A stretch of 59,832 nt of DNA, the filler included. It is 5 parts of 5 records of this genome, joined end to end, with 100 filler letters (N's around TTAATTAATTAA, not from the genome) between each part and the next. Parts side by side here need not be neighbours in the genome. Positions count along the whole stretch, not along the records: positions 16,103 to 29,795 come from DRR723986_7378; positions 29,896 to 40,020 come from DRR723986_7380; 3 more parts are not named here. One strand, written 5' to 3'. Below the pieces are notes generated by a model. That model saw only the letters and a list, made by a program, of their open reading frames with translations, did no database searches and was not told the origin of the DNA. Positions 27,679 to 37,500 of the stretch are shown one piece after another (within the stretch, counting starts at the first letter, position 1; every line of letters begins with the position of its first letter). Made by a program: the position numbers and the translations under genes.

Positions 27679-28527
27679 TTAGCGGTTTTGACACACCCAT
27701 TCTGCCGATTTTTCACCGGGCAGATGAGATGAGGTGAATCCATATTCCGACACTGCATTCAGCATTTCATCGGATCCCACATAGCCGGCCAGGGCCGCGT
27801 TAAACTTGGCCATGAACTCGGAATCCGCGTCGCGAAAGCCGATGCCAACCCAGTTCTTGGTCCAATCTGGCAGGGCAGCAGGGTCGGTCACCTCAAAAGC
27901 GCCTTCCGATTGTTCCGCAAGATACAGCGCTTCGAAATAGGTCAAAGCTGCAGCGTCCGCGCGCCCGGCCTTCATCGCGGCCAGTGTTTCGGTTGGGCCA
28001 GGCACCTGCATCATCTGTGCGTCGGACAGGCCTTCTTTGCGCGATGCTTCGACTGTGTTTGCACCGGAATACATGATCAGCATAGAGCCGTCATTGGCCA
28101 GAACATCTTTGTAGTTGTTGATGTTTTTCGGGTTTCCAGCGGGAACCAGGAAAGCGTCGCCCATGGAACCGATTGGCTCAGAGAACGCAATGTTCTGACA
28201 GCGGCTGTTCAAGATATAGAGACCGCCGGTGATCATGTCATAACGGTTCGCCTTGAGGCCAGGAATCAAGCCACCCCATTCGGTGACCGTGGTTTCCACT
28301 TTGGTGTGGCCCATCTCTGCCAGAATGCCGAGAGCAATCTCATTCACGAACCCTTTGGCGTCCCCGTTCTCATCGGGAAAACCCCAAATAGGAATGTTTG
28401 AGAAACCAATGCGAATTGGCTCTCCTGCAGCGATACGATCATCGATTGGACCGGCAATGGCAGCAACGGTGCTAAGAACAGTTGCGGCAACGGCGGTGCC
28501 GAGGGTTTTAAGTAGTTTGCAAGTCAT
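27679..28527 (-). CDS. ehuB: Ectoine-type ABC substrate-binding protein (family 3)
   Basis: Signal peptide; EWGGLIPGLKANRYD, RC..IAFSEP, GNPK, GRADA; C-terminal Cys. Confidence 0.72.
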   Translation of the reverse strand: MTCKLLKTLGTAVAATVLSTVAAIAGPIDDRIAAGEPIRIGFSNIPIWGFPDENGDAKGFVNEIALGILAEMGHTKVETTVTEWGGLIPGLKANRYDMITGGLYILNSRCQNIAFSEPIGSMGDAFLVPAGNPKNINNYKDVLANDGSMLIMYSGANTVEASRKEGLSDAQMMQVPGPTETLAAMKAGRADAAALTYFEALYLAEQSEGAFEVTDPAALPDWTKNWVGIGFRDADSEFMAKFNAALAGYVGSDEMLNAVSEYGFTSSHLPGEKSAEWVCQNR

Positions 28528-28833
28528 AGGTTCCTCCCAGAATTAAACTTGTCGTTGATGTTGAGACGGTCCCCGGCGGTGTTGACGGTCCATCTCGCGT
28601 TACCACGCCCCGGTGTCGATCCTGATGTTGAGAGCAAATACCCAGGTCTGACGCGCGGATTGTGAATTCCTTATTGTTATGAAGAGTTTCCGATCTCTTC
28701 ACTGTCATATCTCTGTCCGAGATCCATAGGTCCTAGTAAGTTTTTAGCCTACCTTCGTTCAAGGCTCTTTGTTTCATGCGCAAATGGACTCTCTTCGCCG
28801 AAGTTCAAACCAGACTATTGCTACAGATTTGTA

Positions 28834-28880
28834 TTTCAAAATGACCTTTCATACCTCGCAGTAATAACCCTGAGTTATGA
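28834..28880. promoter_or_regulatory. LysR operator/promoter module, copy 2 (upstream of ehuB)
   Basis: ATAAC-CCTGA-GTTAT at 28864-28878 with the same flanking block as copy 1. Confidence 0.75.
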
Positions 28881-28915
28881 TAGGTCATTTCCCATGCTCT
28901 TCGATGTCCTTTTCG

Positions 28916-29794
28916 CTAGACCCCAGTCAGCATTCGCTTGCTTTGCGGGTCATAAAACGGCGCAAGACTGACATCGGCCTTGATGCTCTTGCCCTCCACC
29001 AGAACTGTGAACACTCCCTTTTCAACCGAAGCTTTGTCTGTTTTCCCCTCAGGAAGGTCCAGCAGGCACAGGCCAACAGCAGCCCCAAGGGTCTGACCCC
29101 ATGCCCCGGCAGTAACGTAACCAGCAATCTTTCCATCACGCAGAACCGGCTCGTTGTGATGCAAAAGCGGCTCTGGATTCTGCAGTTTCACGGAACATAG
29201 AAACGGTCCCTTGTTTTCAGATTTGCGCGCTAGATAGGCATCGCGCCCAATGAATGGGATTGGCTTCTTAGTCTTGCAAACGAACTCCATTCCCAGCTGG
29301 TGGGGGGATTCGGTATAAGCCATTTCGTGTCCCCAGTGCACAAATCCCTTTTCCAGTCGCAGCGCATTCAGGGCCTCGCCGCCGATCAGGCGGATACCGT
29401 CGCTTTCACCCGCCTGCATCAGCACCTCAAAAACGTGCTCGGCAAAGTCCGGCGTCACAAAGATTTCCCAGCCCATTTCACCCGAATAAGACAGGCGCTG
29501 TGCGAACACGGGCGCATGACCGATATAAAAATGCTGGAGACTGTTGAACGGAAACGCCTCGTTCGAGGCATCAACGCCGCTTACTTTGTGCAGCAGGTCC
29601 CGGCTTTCGGGGCCCATGATCCCCAGCACGCCATAGGATGCGGTTGCGTCGCGCAGTCGGACGTCTTCGTCCGGCTGGATGAGATCCCGCAGATGGAGAT
29701 AATCGCGCCGGGTGTGCGAGATCGAACTCATCATCATAAAGCTGTCGTCGCCGTGGCGCGCCACAGTCACATCGCTTTCGATGCCGCCGCGTTC
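28916..29794 (-). CDS. GcvT-family (dimethylglycine/sarcosine dehydrogenase-like) C-terminal fragment, 5' truncated
   Basis: ERGGIESDVTV, RLSYSGEMGWE, LRLEKG, FYDP; frame open to contig end. Confidence 0.85.
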   Translation of the reverse strand, partial: ERGGIESDVTVARHGDDSFMMMSSISHTRRDYLHLRDLIQPDEDVRLRDATASYGVLGIMGPESRDLLHKVSGVDASNEAFPFNSLQHFYIGHAPVFAQRLSYSGEMGWEIFVTPDFAEHVFEVLMQAGESDGIRLIGGEALNALRLEKGFVHWGHEMAYTESPHQLGMEFVCKTKKPIPFIGRDAYLARKSENKGPFLCSVKLQNPEPLLHHNEPVLRDGKIAGYVTAGAWGQTLGAAVGLCLLDLPEGKTDKASVEKGVFTVLVEGKSIKADVSLAPFYDPQSKRMLTGV

Positions 29795-29795
29795 G

Positions 29796-29895
29796 NNNNN
29801 NNNNNNNNNNNNNNNNNNNNNNNNNNNNNNNNNNNNNNNTTAATTAATTAANNNNNNNNNNNNNNNNNNNNNNNNNNNNNNNNNNNNNNNNNNNN
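29796..29895. other. Artificial contig linker
   Basis: N-run with TTAATTAATTAA. Confidence 0.99.
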
Positions 29896-29925
29896 GTGCC
29901 GGTTCGAGTCCGGCCTTGGGTACCA
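29896..29925 (+). tRNA. 3' end of a tRNA (probably Leu): T-arm, acceptor strand and CCA
   Basis: GTGCCGG-TTCGAGT-CCGGC-CTTGGGT-ACCA resembles tRNA-Leu(CAA) 3' ends; anticodon not visible. Confidence 0.75.
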
Positions 29926-30073
29926 CACATCCGCAAAAAAACTGATCCAGAGGATCCTTGACCGGCCGAAAACCGGCCAGAATTTTCTGGTTCGGGTCGC
30001 GGTCTGTTTGGGTCATGCCGATCAGAGCAGACATCGCGCCCTCTTTTGCCAATGGCTGCCCTGCGATTTTGAC

Positions 30074-31114
30074 CTATTCGGCCATCTGCTGATCAACTTC
30101 GCGTTCTTGGTTGATCATCGCCTGGAGTTGCCTTCTGAACCGCAGTTGGCCACCGTCGATTGGCAAATCGATATGCGGTGATGTTTTGTTGGCCATACCT
30201 TTTTGCACCTCGTTCAAGACAGCCCGGTCTTCCTCAAAGGCATGCTGGACATCATCGCTCATCATCTGGCTAAGCGCCTCATCCTCGGGTCTGATATTGC
30301 GCAATTGGAACCAATAGTAACGGGTCTGTCCTTCGGTTGTGGGCGTCATGAAGTTGTAGCTGTCCATGATAAACGTGTTCTCATGCAGCGGGCCATCAGG
30401 GCCGCCCGTTCCCGCCGGCGTGAACACGGCCCTGATCAAAGCATGAGATGGATAGCGCACTTCATAATGTTGAAGCCTGTCACAATTGCCCTCGAATTCA
30501 ACGACCTTTTTGTAGAATGGCGCAGGTTCGTGATCCATCATCCAGCGATGTACGATTACCCCGTCGTCGGTCTTTTTGATCCTGAGCGGGGTGTCCTTTG
30601 TCGCATCGGCGGCAAAACTACTTTGGTGCACCCAGGCAACGTGGGTCGGGTCCAGCAGATTGTCACACATCAACAGGTAATTGCAGTCAAGCTCCATCGC
30701 TGCGCCACGGTTGATGCCCCATTCGGGATTATCGTAATTCTCAATTTCAAAGATGTCGGACACATCTGCAAGCGCGGGATTGCCCATCCAGATCCACACG
30801 AGCCCGTATTTTTCATGCAGCGGATAGGCGTGCACTTTGGCGTTTGACGGAATACCGCTGGCACCGGGTGCCCATACGCATTGGCCTACACAATTGAAGG
30901 TCAGTCCGTGGTAGCCGCATTCAACCGTATCACCCTTGATCCGGCCTTTGGATAGCGGAAGCTTGCGGTGCGGACATGCATCTTCGAGCGCGACCAAATC
31001 GCCGGATTCTGAGCGGAATACGCAGATTTTCTCACCCAGAACCATGATTTGCTGCAACTCACGGGTGATTTCATGATCCCACGCAGCCACGTACCAAGCA
31101 TTTTTCAAGAACAT
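30074..31114 (-). CDS. VanA-like Rieske oxygenase (O-demethylase family)
   Basis: MFLKNAWYVAAW, CPHRKLPLS...CGYH, DNLLDPTHVAWVH, FEED. Confidence 0.88.
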   Translation of the reverse strand: MFLKNAWYVAAWDHEITRELQQIMVLGEKICVFRSESGDLVALEDACPHRKLPLSKGRIKGDTVECGYHGLTFNCVGQCVWAPGASGIPSNAKVHAYPLHEKYGLVWIWMGNPALADVSDIFEIENYDNPEWGINRGAAMELDCNYLLMCDNLLDPTHVAWVHQSSFAADATKDTPLRIKKTDDGVIVHRWMMDHEPAPFYKKVVEFEGNCDRLQHYEVRYPSHALIRAVFTPAGTGGPDGPLHENTFIMDSYNFMTPTTEGQTRYYWFQLRNIRPEDEALSQMMSDDVQHAFEEDRAVLNEVQKGMANKTSPHIDLPIDGGQLRFRRQLQAMINQEREVDQQMAE

Positions 31115-31552
31115 GTTCAGAAAGACCCGCTGTGTAATGTCGTTTGTCGAAGCTGACACTAGCTGCAACACATCGCGAATGTAAGTACGGGGTTTTAAGG
31201 AAAGTGGGGGGGCTCAGCCGACATTTGGCAGTTTTGATCGGGGGTCCGCGTGGTCTTTACACCCATTCAGGACGATGAGGTGGTGGTGATAGGATGGAAA
31301 TCGACCTTTGTCGTTGATAGGGATGCGCATTCAATCCTGAACTATTACCAGGAATAGATCAGCGTGGTGCCTTCCAGGCGCGCCAGCATTGCTTCGTCGA
31401 AACGGCGTTTGCGGCTGGCCTGAGCTTCTGGACGTGACAAAGACTGGCCGCTGATTGCAGCGGAGGCAGCACTGGGGTAGCTACCGGCAAACGGGAGCTG
31501 CCCTGTCTTGGCAGATCACAACCCCCTTCGCCCCAATGGACCATACCCGCCC

Positions 31553-31981
31553 ATGATCGCCTATACCGGCCTGTTCCTGTCTGCCCTGATTGCCGCGACG
31601 ATCCTGCCGATGCAGTCCGAGGCGGTGTTGGTTGGGCTGTTGCTTGCTGGCGGGCATCCGGCATTGGCTCTTCTGATCATAGCGACCGTTGGGAATGTGC
31701 TGGGGTCGGTGATCAACTGGTATCTGGGGCGGTACTTGTTGAGGTTCCAAGATCGCCCTTGGTTCCCAAGCTCAAAGGCCCGGCTGGCCCGCGCACAAGG
31801 GTGGTACAGGCGGTATGGGCGTTGGTCGCTCTTGGGCAGTTGGCTGCCGATTGTCGGGGATCCACTGACCGTTGCGGCGGGGCTGATGCGGGAACCGCTT
31901 GGGCCGTTTCTTGTTTTTGTGACCATTGCAAAAGGCACGCGGTATCTGGTTCTGGCGGCGCTCACTTTGGCGTGGATCTAA
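31553..31981 (+). CDS. YqaA-family (DedA/VTT) membrane protein
   Basis: AATILPMQSE, GNVLGS..N, SWLPIVGDPLT..AG. Confidence 0.85.
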   Translation: MIAYTGLFLSALIAATILPMQSEAVLVGLLLAGGHPALALLIIATVGNVLGSVINWYLGRYLLRFQDRPWFPSSKARLARAQGWYRRYGRWSLLGSWLPIVGDPLTVAAGLMREPLGPFLVFVTIAKGTRYLVLAALTLAWI

Positions 31982-32203
31982 CAGGTGCCGAACCTGGCAT
32001 CCGCTCTAGCCGTGGATTGCAACCTACAGCACAAGGCGCCGGCCGGTTATTCCCGCCCTTCGTCAGAGGGGCACCCGTCAACCCCCCTAAACGCAGGGGT
32101 CACCATGCGAAAAACATAGAATTTCGCGCAAAATCCCCGTTTTCAGAACACAAATTCCGGTGTTTAGTATCGCCATATTTTGATTCAACGAGTGGGCTGT
32201 TCC

Positions 32204-34156
32204 ATGGACATAGATTACGCCGCGTTTCAGGACGCATTTAACCAATCCTTTGACTCATTTGGCACCATCGGGGCCTATGGCGCCTTTGCACCGCCGGGGT
32301 CCGTGGATGACATTCTGGGAATGACTGTTGGTCAATACCTAGATCTGCTGGACGTGGCCGAAAACGCCTTGCGGTCGATCAGCCCTTTCATTTTCCAGCA
32401 ATTGCTGAACAATCCCAACGTGCAACTGCCACCGGAGGCGCGCGTCTTTATCGAGGCTTGGGCGCAGGGTGACTTTTCCGGCATCACCGGGCCGATGGAT
32501 CAGGTCCGCGCCGCGATGGCCAGTTTCCCCCGCGAGATGTCGCTGCGGGACGCGATTGACAATCTTGACCCCTCAGGCGGGACCACTGACGAGATTGAAC
32601 AATTGTTCAACGCCGCCCAAGCCCGCACAGCAGAACTGCTTTGGGGCCAGCAAGACGGCATCTTCAATTCGCCGATCTTTGACATTGATCCCGACACCGG
32701 CATTTGGTCGGTCTTTGGCGATCCGGCCAACGGCTATGGCGGCAGCACGCTGGGCGAGTTTTATTCGCTTTTGGGTGAGGCCGCAGGCAATGCAATCATG
32801 GCCTTTATCGGGTCGAACGACAGTGTGATTGGTGAATTGCTGGGGCAGGGCGCGACCAACGCAACCTTCAACGCAGCCACTGGCGCAGCGGAAACCGCGG
32901 CGGCGCAGGCATTTGAGGCGCTGCAAGGCATCGGGACGTTGCTGACCGAACAATCGGCGGGTGACGCGCAACAGGTGCAGGATCAAGCCGCTGGGCAAGT
33001 TCAGGCCTTGATCAATGCGCTGACCAATGCGCTGCCGGGGATTTCTGCCTCGCTCAACACGCTGGTGCTGGGCTCGCGTAATTCCGATCCAAGCTTTGTG
33101 GTCAGTCTGGATGGCAACGTCGAGGGGTCGGAACATGGCGATTGGTTCTACCTGTCCAAGAATGCCGATAGCTTTGATGGTGGGGAGGGCACGGATGTTC
33201 TGTTCGGTCTTGAGGGCAACGACACCCTAACTGGCGGCGCGGATGAGGATGTCTTGTTTGGCGGGGCGGATGACGACCACCTGACCGGCGGCGCAGCCAA
33301 TGACGGGATCAATGGCGGTGACGGTGAAGACACCGCTGGTTTCTCCGGCGCGATGGGCCGTTATACTTTGCAACTGTCCGCAGACGGCGGGATTGTCATC
33401 GAGGACCGGCAAACAGACGGTGATGGCACCGATACGCTGACCGGCATCGAAACGCTATCGTTCTCAAGCGGTTGGTCCATCTTTGATCAGGGCGATTTTG
33501 ATCTGTCGGTTGTGCAGGGCATCACTGGGCTGGATCAGGCTCAGATCGACACTTTTATTGAGCTCTACATCGCCTATTTCAACCGCGCACCGGACGCGCT
33601 TGGCCTGTACTTCTGGGGCTCGGCATTTGCCAATGGTACGTCTTTGGACGAAATGGCGGCGTTGTTCCTGGATCAGGACGAAACCCGCGCCACCTATCCC
33701 ACAGACGCAACCAATCTGGATTTCGCAACACAGGTCTATTCCAACGTGCTGGGCCGAACGCCGGATCAGGCGGGGCTGGATTTCTGGGTCGGGCAGCTGG
33801 ATCTGGGCAACGTGACCCGCGGCACCTTTATTCTGCGGGTGCTGGAAGGCGCAAAAAGCGATCCACCGGGCGATGCCACGCAAGAATTCATCGACCTGCA
33901 ACGAGGGGATCAGGCGTTCTTGGAGGATAAAACCGAGATCGGCACCTATTTCTCGGTGATCAAAGGCATGTCTGATACCGCAGATGCCAGCGCCGCGATG
34001 GCCTTGTATTTGCGGGATGATCTTGCGTCCAAACAGGCCGCGGTGGACCGGGTTGATGTCGATTTTGCCGAAGCCGCGGCAGCGGACAGTGGCGAGATGC
34101 TGTTGCAATTGGTCGGTGTCGCCGAGAACCCGTTTGACGGTGACACCGGCTTGTAA
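32204..34156 (+). CDS. Secreted protein with RTX Ca-binding repeats and C-terminal DUF4214
   Basis: GG.G.D.L nonapeptides; LYIAYFNRAPD..GL.FW and VYSNVLGRTPD.AGLDFW. Confidence 0.8.
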   Translation: MDIDYAAFQDAFNQSFDSFGTIGAYGAFAPPGSVDDILGMTVGQYLDLLDVAENALRSISPFIFQQLLNNPNVQLPPEARVFIEAWAQGDFSGITGPMDQVRAAMASFPREMSLRDAIDNLDPSGGTTDEIEQLFNAAQARTAELLWGQQDGIFNSPIFDIDPDTGIWSVFGDPANGYGGSTLGEFYSLLGEAAGNAIMAFIGSNDSVIGELLGQGATNATFNAATGAAETAAAQAFEALQGIGTLLTEQSAGDAQQVQDQAAGQVQALINALTNALPGISASLNTLVLGSRNSDPSFVVSLDGNVEGSEHGDWFYLSKNADSFDGGEGTDVLFGLEGNDTLTGGADEDVLFGGADDDHLTGGAANDGINGGDGEDTAGFSGAMGRYTLQLSADGGIVIEDRQTDGDGTDTLTGIETLSFSSGWSIFDQGDFDLSVVQGITGLDQAQIDTFIELYIAYFNRAPDALGLYFWGSAFANGTSLDEMAALFLDQDETRATYPTDATNLDFATQVYSNVLGRTPDQAGLDFWVGQLDLGNVTRGTFILRVLEGAKSDPPGDATQEFIDLQRGDQAFLEDKTEIGTYFSVIKGMSDTADASAAMALYLRDDLASKQAAVDRVDVDFAEAAAADSGEMLLQLVGVAENPFDGDTGL

Positions 34157-34183
34157 ACCGAAGGGTCAAGACAGACAGTCAGG

Positions 34184-34217
34184 CGCCCCCGTCATTCATT
34201 TTGTCGGGGCGTTTTTT
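34184..34217 (+). terminator. Rho-independent terminator
   Basis: CGCCCC...GGGGCG followed by TTTTTT. Confidence 0.6.
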
Positions 34218-34529
34218 GGTTCCCCCATTGGCAGGCAGTCCTGCCCGCATGAACGGACCAGATTTGCCGCAGGCAACCACAGTGCCATCCAAGACCGAGG
34301 TCTGCGACAACTACGCCGGCATTGGCGTTCTGGCAAACGGACGCCGCTTAAATCAAATGCGCCGTATTATTCCCATCTTGCTGAGGCCGCTCTCCACCCT
34401 CTGTTGAGACTTCTTGGGCAGGGTCCGAGGGCTGCAAAATGTCTCGGGTCCATTGGGCCTGCGTCCAACTTTGTCGGCCATCGACGGTGCAAAATGTGCC
34501 GGATGCATCATTGCTTAGGAGAATCCGCT

Positions 34530-37500
34530 ATGATTAAGATCATTGATTTCAACGCATTGACCGCCGGCGTTGCTGTTGAAGACGCCTATGCGGCGCATGG
34601 GATCAACATCTCGGCCAAGGGCGGCGCCGGGCAGGCGCGGGTGATTGATACCTCTGATGCCAAGGGGCAGGACGCCGATCTGGCCTCTGACAAGCTTGGC
34701 GGTGCGTTGATCATCGCCGCGCCAGATGATCCCGATGAATATGCCGGCAGCGATGCCGCTGGCAGCCTGTTTTTCGATTTTGATGGTCCGGTGCGGATCA
34801 AATCCCTGACATTCAAAGACATCGAAGCCGTGCCCGGCGGCGCGACCCGGCTTATCTTTTATGATGACAGCGGTGAGGTGATGGAAAACCATTGGGTTGA
34901 CCCAACCGAAGATGGCGGTGAACGCCGAGTTGAGCTGTCGGTGCCGGGCACCGCACGGGTTGAAGTGGTCCTGCCCAAAGGGGGTGCTGTGGACAATCTG
35001 GTGTTTGAGGACAAGAACCCATCTTCCAAAAACCACGACCCCATCGCCAAAGATGACAACGCAGAACTGGACGAAGACAACAGCATCGTCCTGCAGGTTT
35101 TGGCCAACGACACGGACCCCGACGGCGATCCCCTGATCCTGAGCGCGGCAAGCAGCGAACAGGGCGAGGTGGTCATCAACGAAGACGGGACAGTGACATT
35201 TACCCCGGATGCCGACTTCGCCGGGGATGCTGAGATAAATTACACCATCGAAGATGGACACGGCGGCCAAGGCGATGCCGTTGTTGCGCTGACGGTACAT
35301 CCGGTCAACGATGCTCCCGTGGCGGAGGACGACACCGCCTCCACACCCTACGGCGCGCCGGTTGTGATTGATCTTCTGGGCAATGACACAGATGTTGATA
35401 ACGCCCCGGAGACGCTGGCGATTGCGGAGCTGATCAGCGACACAGGCAGTGTCGAGGACAATGGCGACGGCACAGTCACCTTCACCCCCGATGACGGGTT
35501 CAGCGGCGATGCAATCATCACCTATGCTGTGGTGGATCCCAGCGGCGCCAAGGACACGGGCGAGGCGGTGGTTACTGTCGGTCAGGGCAATGCTGATCCG
35601 GTTGCCGGGGCTGACAGCATCGAAACCCAGGAAGACACCGCAGTGATGATCGACGTGCTGTCCAATGACAGCGACCCGGACGGCGATCCTCTGACCTTGA
35701 TCGAAGCAGACAGCCCCGATGGCGGTGTGTCCCTGCAAGACGGGCAGATCCTCTTCACTCCGGCAGTGGATTTTCACGGCGATACCACGGTCAGCTACCG
35801 CATTTCTGACGGCAAGGGCGGCACGGCTGAAAGCACTGTGAACGTGTCGGTTCTGCCGATGAATGACGCGCCTCTGGCCGAAGAGGACAGCGCCGAAACC
35901 GACTATGAAACTCCGATCATCGGGCATCAGGTTCTTGACAACGATACAGACCCGGACGCGGAAGATGTGCTGTCTCTCGTCGCCGCACAAAGTGAGGATG
36001 GCCAGGTCGAGATCAATCCCGACAACACAGTGAATTTCACCCCCAATCCCGGTTTCAGCGGCGTGGCGACTGTGCTGTACACGGTCAGTGACCGCCCCGC
36101 TGATGACCCTGAAGGCGCGTCCGATCAGGGGATCTTCACAATCACGGTGGCCTCTCCGACCGGCAGTGATGGTTTTGTTGATGGCGGCGAAGAAGCTGAA
36201 CTCATTGATGAAAACTATCTCGGTGATCCTGACGGCGATTTGATTGACGGCGCAGATGCGGTTTTGCATGGCAGCGGGCCGGAAGACGATTTCATCCGCG
36301 CCGGTGCTGGCAATGACACCATTTTGGCCGGTGCGGGCGATGATGTGATCGAAGGGGGCGCGGGGGACGATCTGATCACCGACACCGCAGGCCGCGAAAC
36401 TGTGACCGGCGGCGAAGGCAATGACGTGATCGACACAGGCCGCGCTGGCACGCCCGCCCCTGATTTGGGCTACCCCGCGGCCGAGACAGACGATCTGAGC
36501 TTTGCCCCGGACGATGACCCAGAAGATGACCGCGATGCCGTGGATGGCGGGGCAGGTGATGATCTGATCCGCACAGGCGATGACCGCGACACCATCACCG
36601 GCGGCGCAGGGGCCGACACAATCGACGGCGGCATCGACGACGATGTGATCAATGGCGACAGCGAAGCGGACCTGATCATTGGCGGCGAAGGCAGCGACAA
36701 CATCTTTGGCGGCACCGGCGATGATACGATCTATGCCGGTCTCGATCCGGCGCTTGGGCTGGATCTGCTGAACATCCCCGACGATCCCGAAGAGGACGCG
36801 CTTTCGACCCCGGATCGAAGCCCGTTCAATGGCCGCGATACGGTCAGCGGCGGCGACGGCAATGACGTGATCTATGGCGCTGATGATGATGATCTGCTGC
36901 TGGGCGGGGCGGGCGATGACCTGCTGGATGGGGAAATTGACGACGACCATCTGAGCGGCGGAACGGGCGCGGATACATTGCTGGGCGGCCAAGGCGAGGA
37001 TAGCCTTTTTGGCAATGAAGACAGCGATATACTGGAGGGGGGTGCGGGCAATGACCTGCTTGATGGCGGCGGCGCGGATGACATGTTGTCGGGCGGTGAG
37101 GGGGATGATCTGTTGCTTGGCGCGATGGGCGATGACATCCTCAGCGGCGGCGCGGGCAGTGACACGATGTCGGGCGGCGAGGGTATGGATCTCTTCACCG
37201 GTGTGACCATCGGCGATGTCATCGACGGCGGCAGTGGGCCTGTCGATTTTGACACGCTAGACCTGCGCGGATCGGTCGTTGAGGGCGGGCGGTTCGAGAT
37301 CAATTACCTCACCGACGACCAACAATCGGGCGAGGTGCAATATTTCGATGCGGAGGGCGCCGCCACGGGAACCCTGCGCTTTGACGAGATCGAAGCCGTT
37401 GTGCCCTGTTTCACCCCCGGCACATTGATCGCAACGCCGAAAGGCCAGCGCCGGGTCGAGACCTTGCAAGTGGGCGACCATGTGATCACCCGCGACAACG

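Noticed and set aside
33984-34529. 182-codon N-terminal extension of the Hint protein ORF
   Set aside because: Overlaps the upstream gene and terminator; a clear RBS precedes ATG 34530
34515-36992. Long antisense ORFs (825 aa here; also 8543-10180, 50485-52287, 54783-56510, 44016-45872)
   Set aside because: Shadows of real genes caused by GC-rich codon bias; only the last 62 aa of 44016-45872 (DUF1674) are credible
35030-37200. Repetitive DNA in the adhesin gene as a possible array
   Set aside because: Degenerate protein-level cadherin and RTX repeats; no fixed repeat-spacer structure
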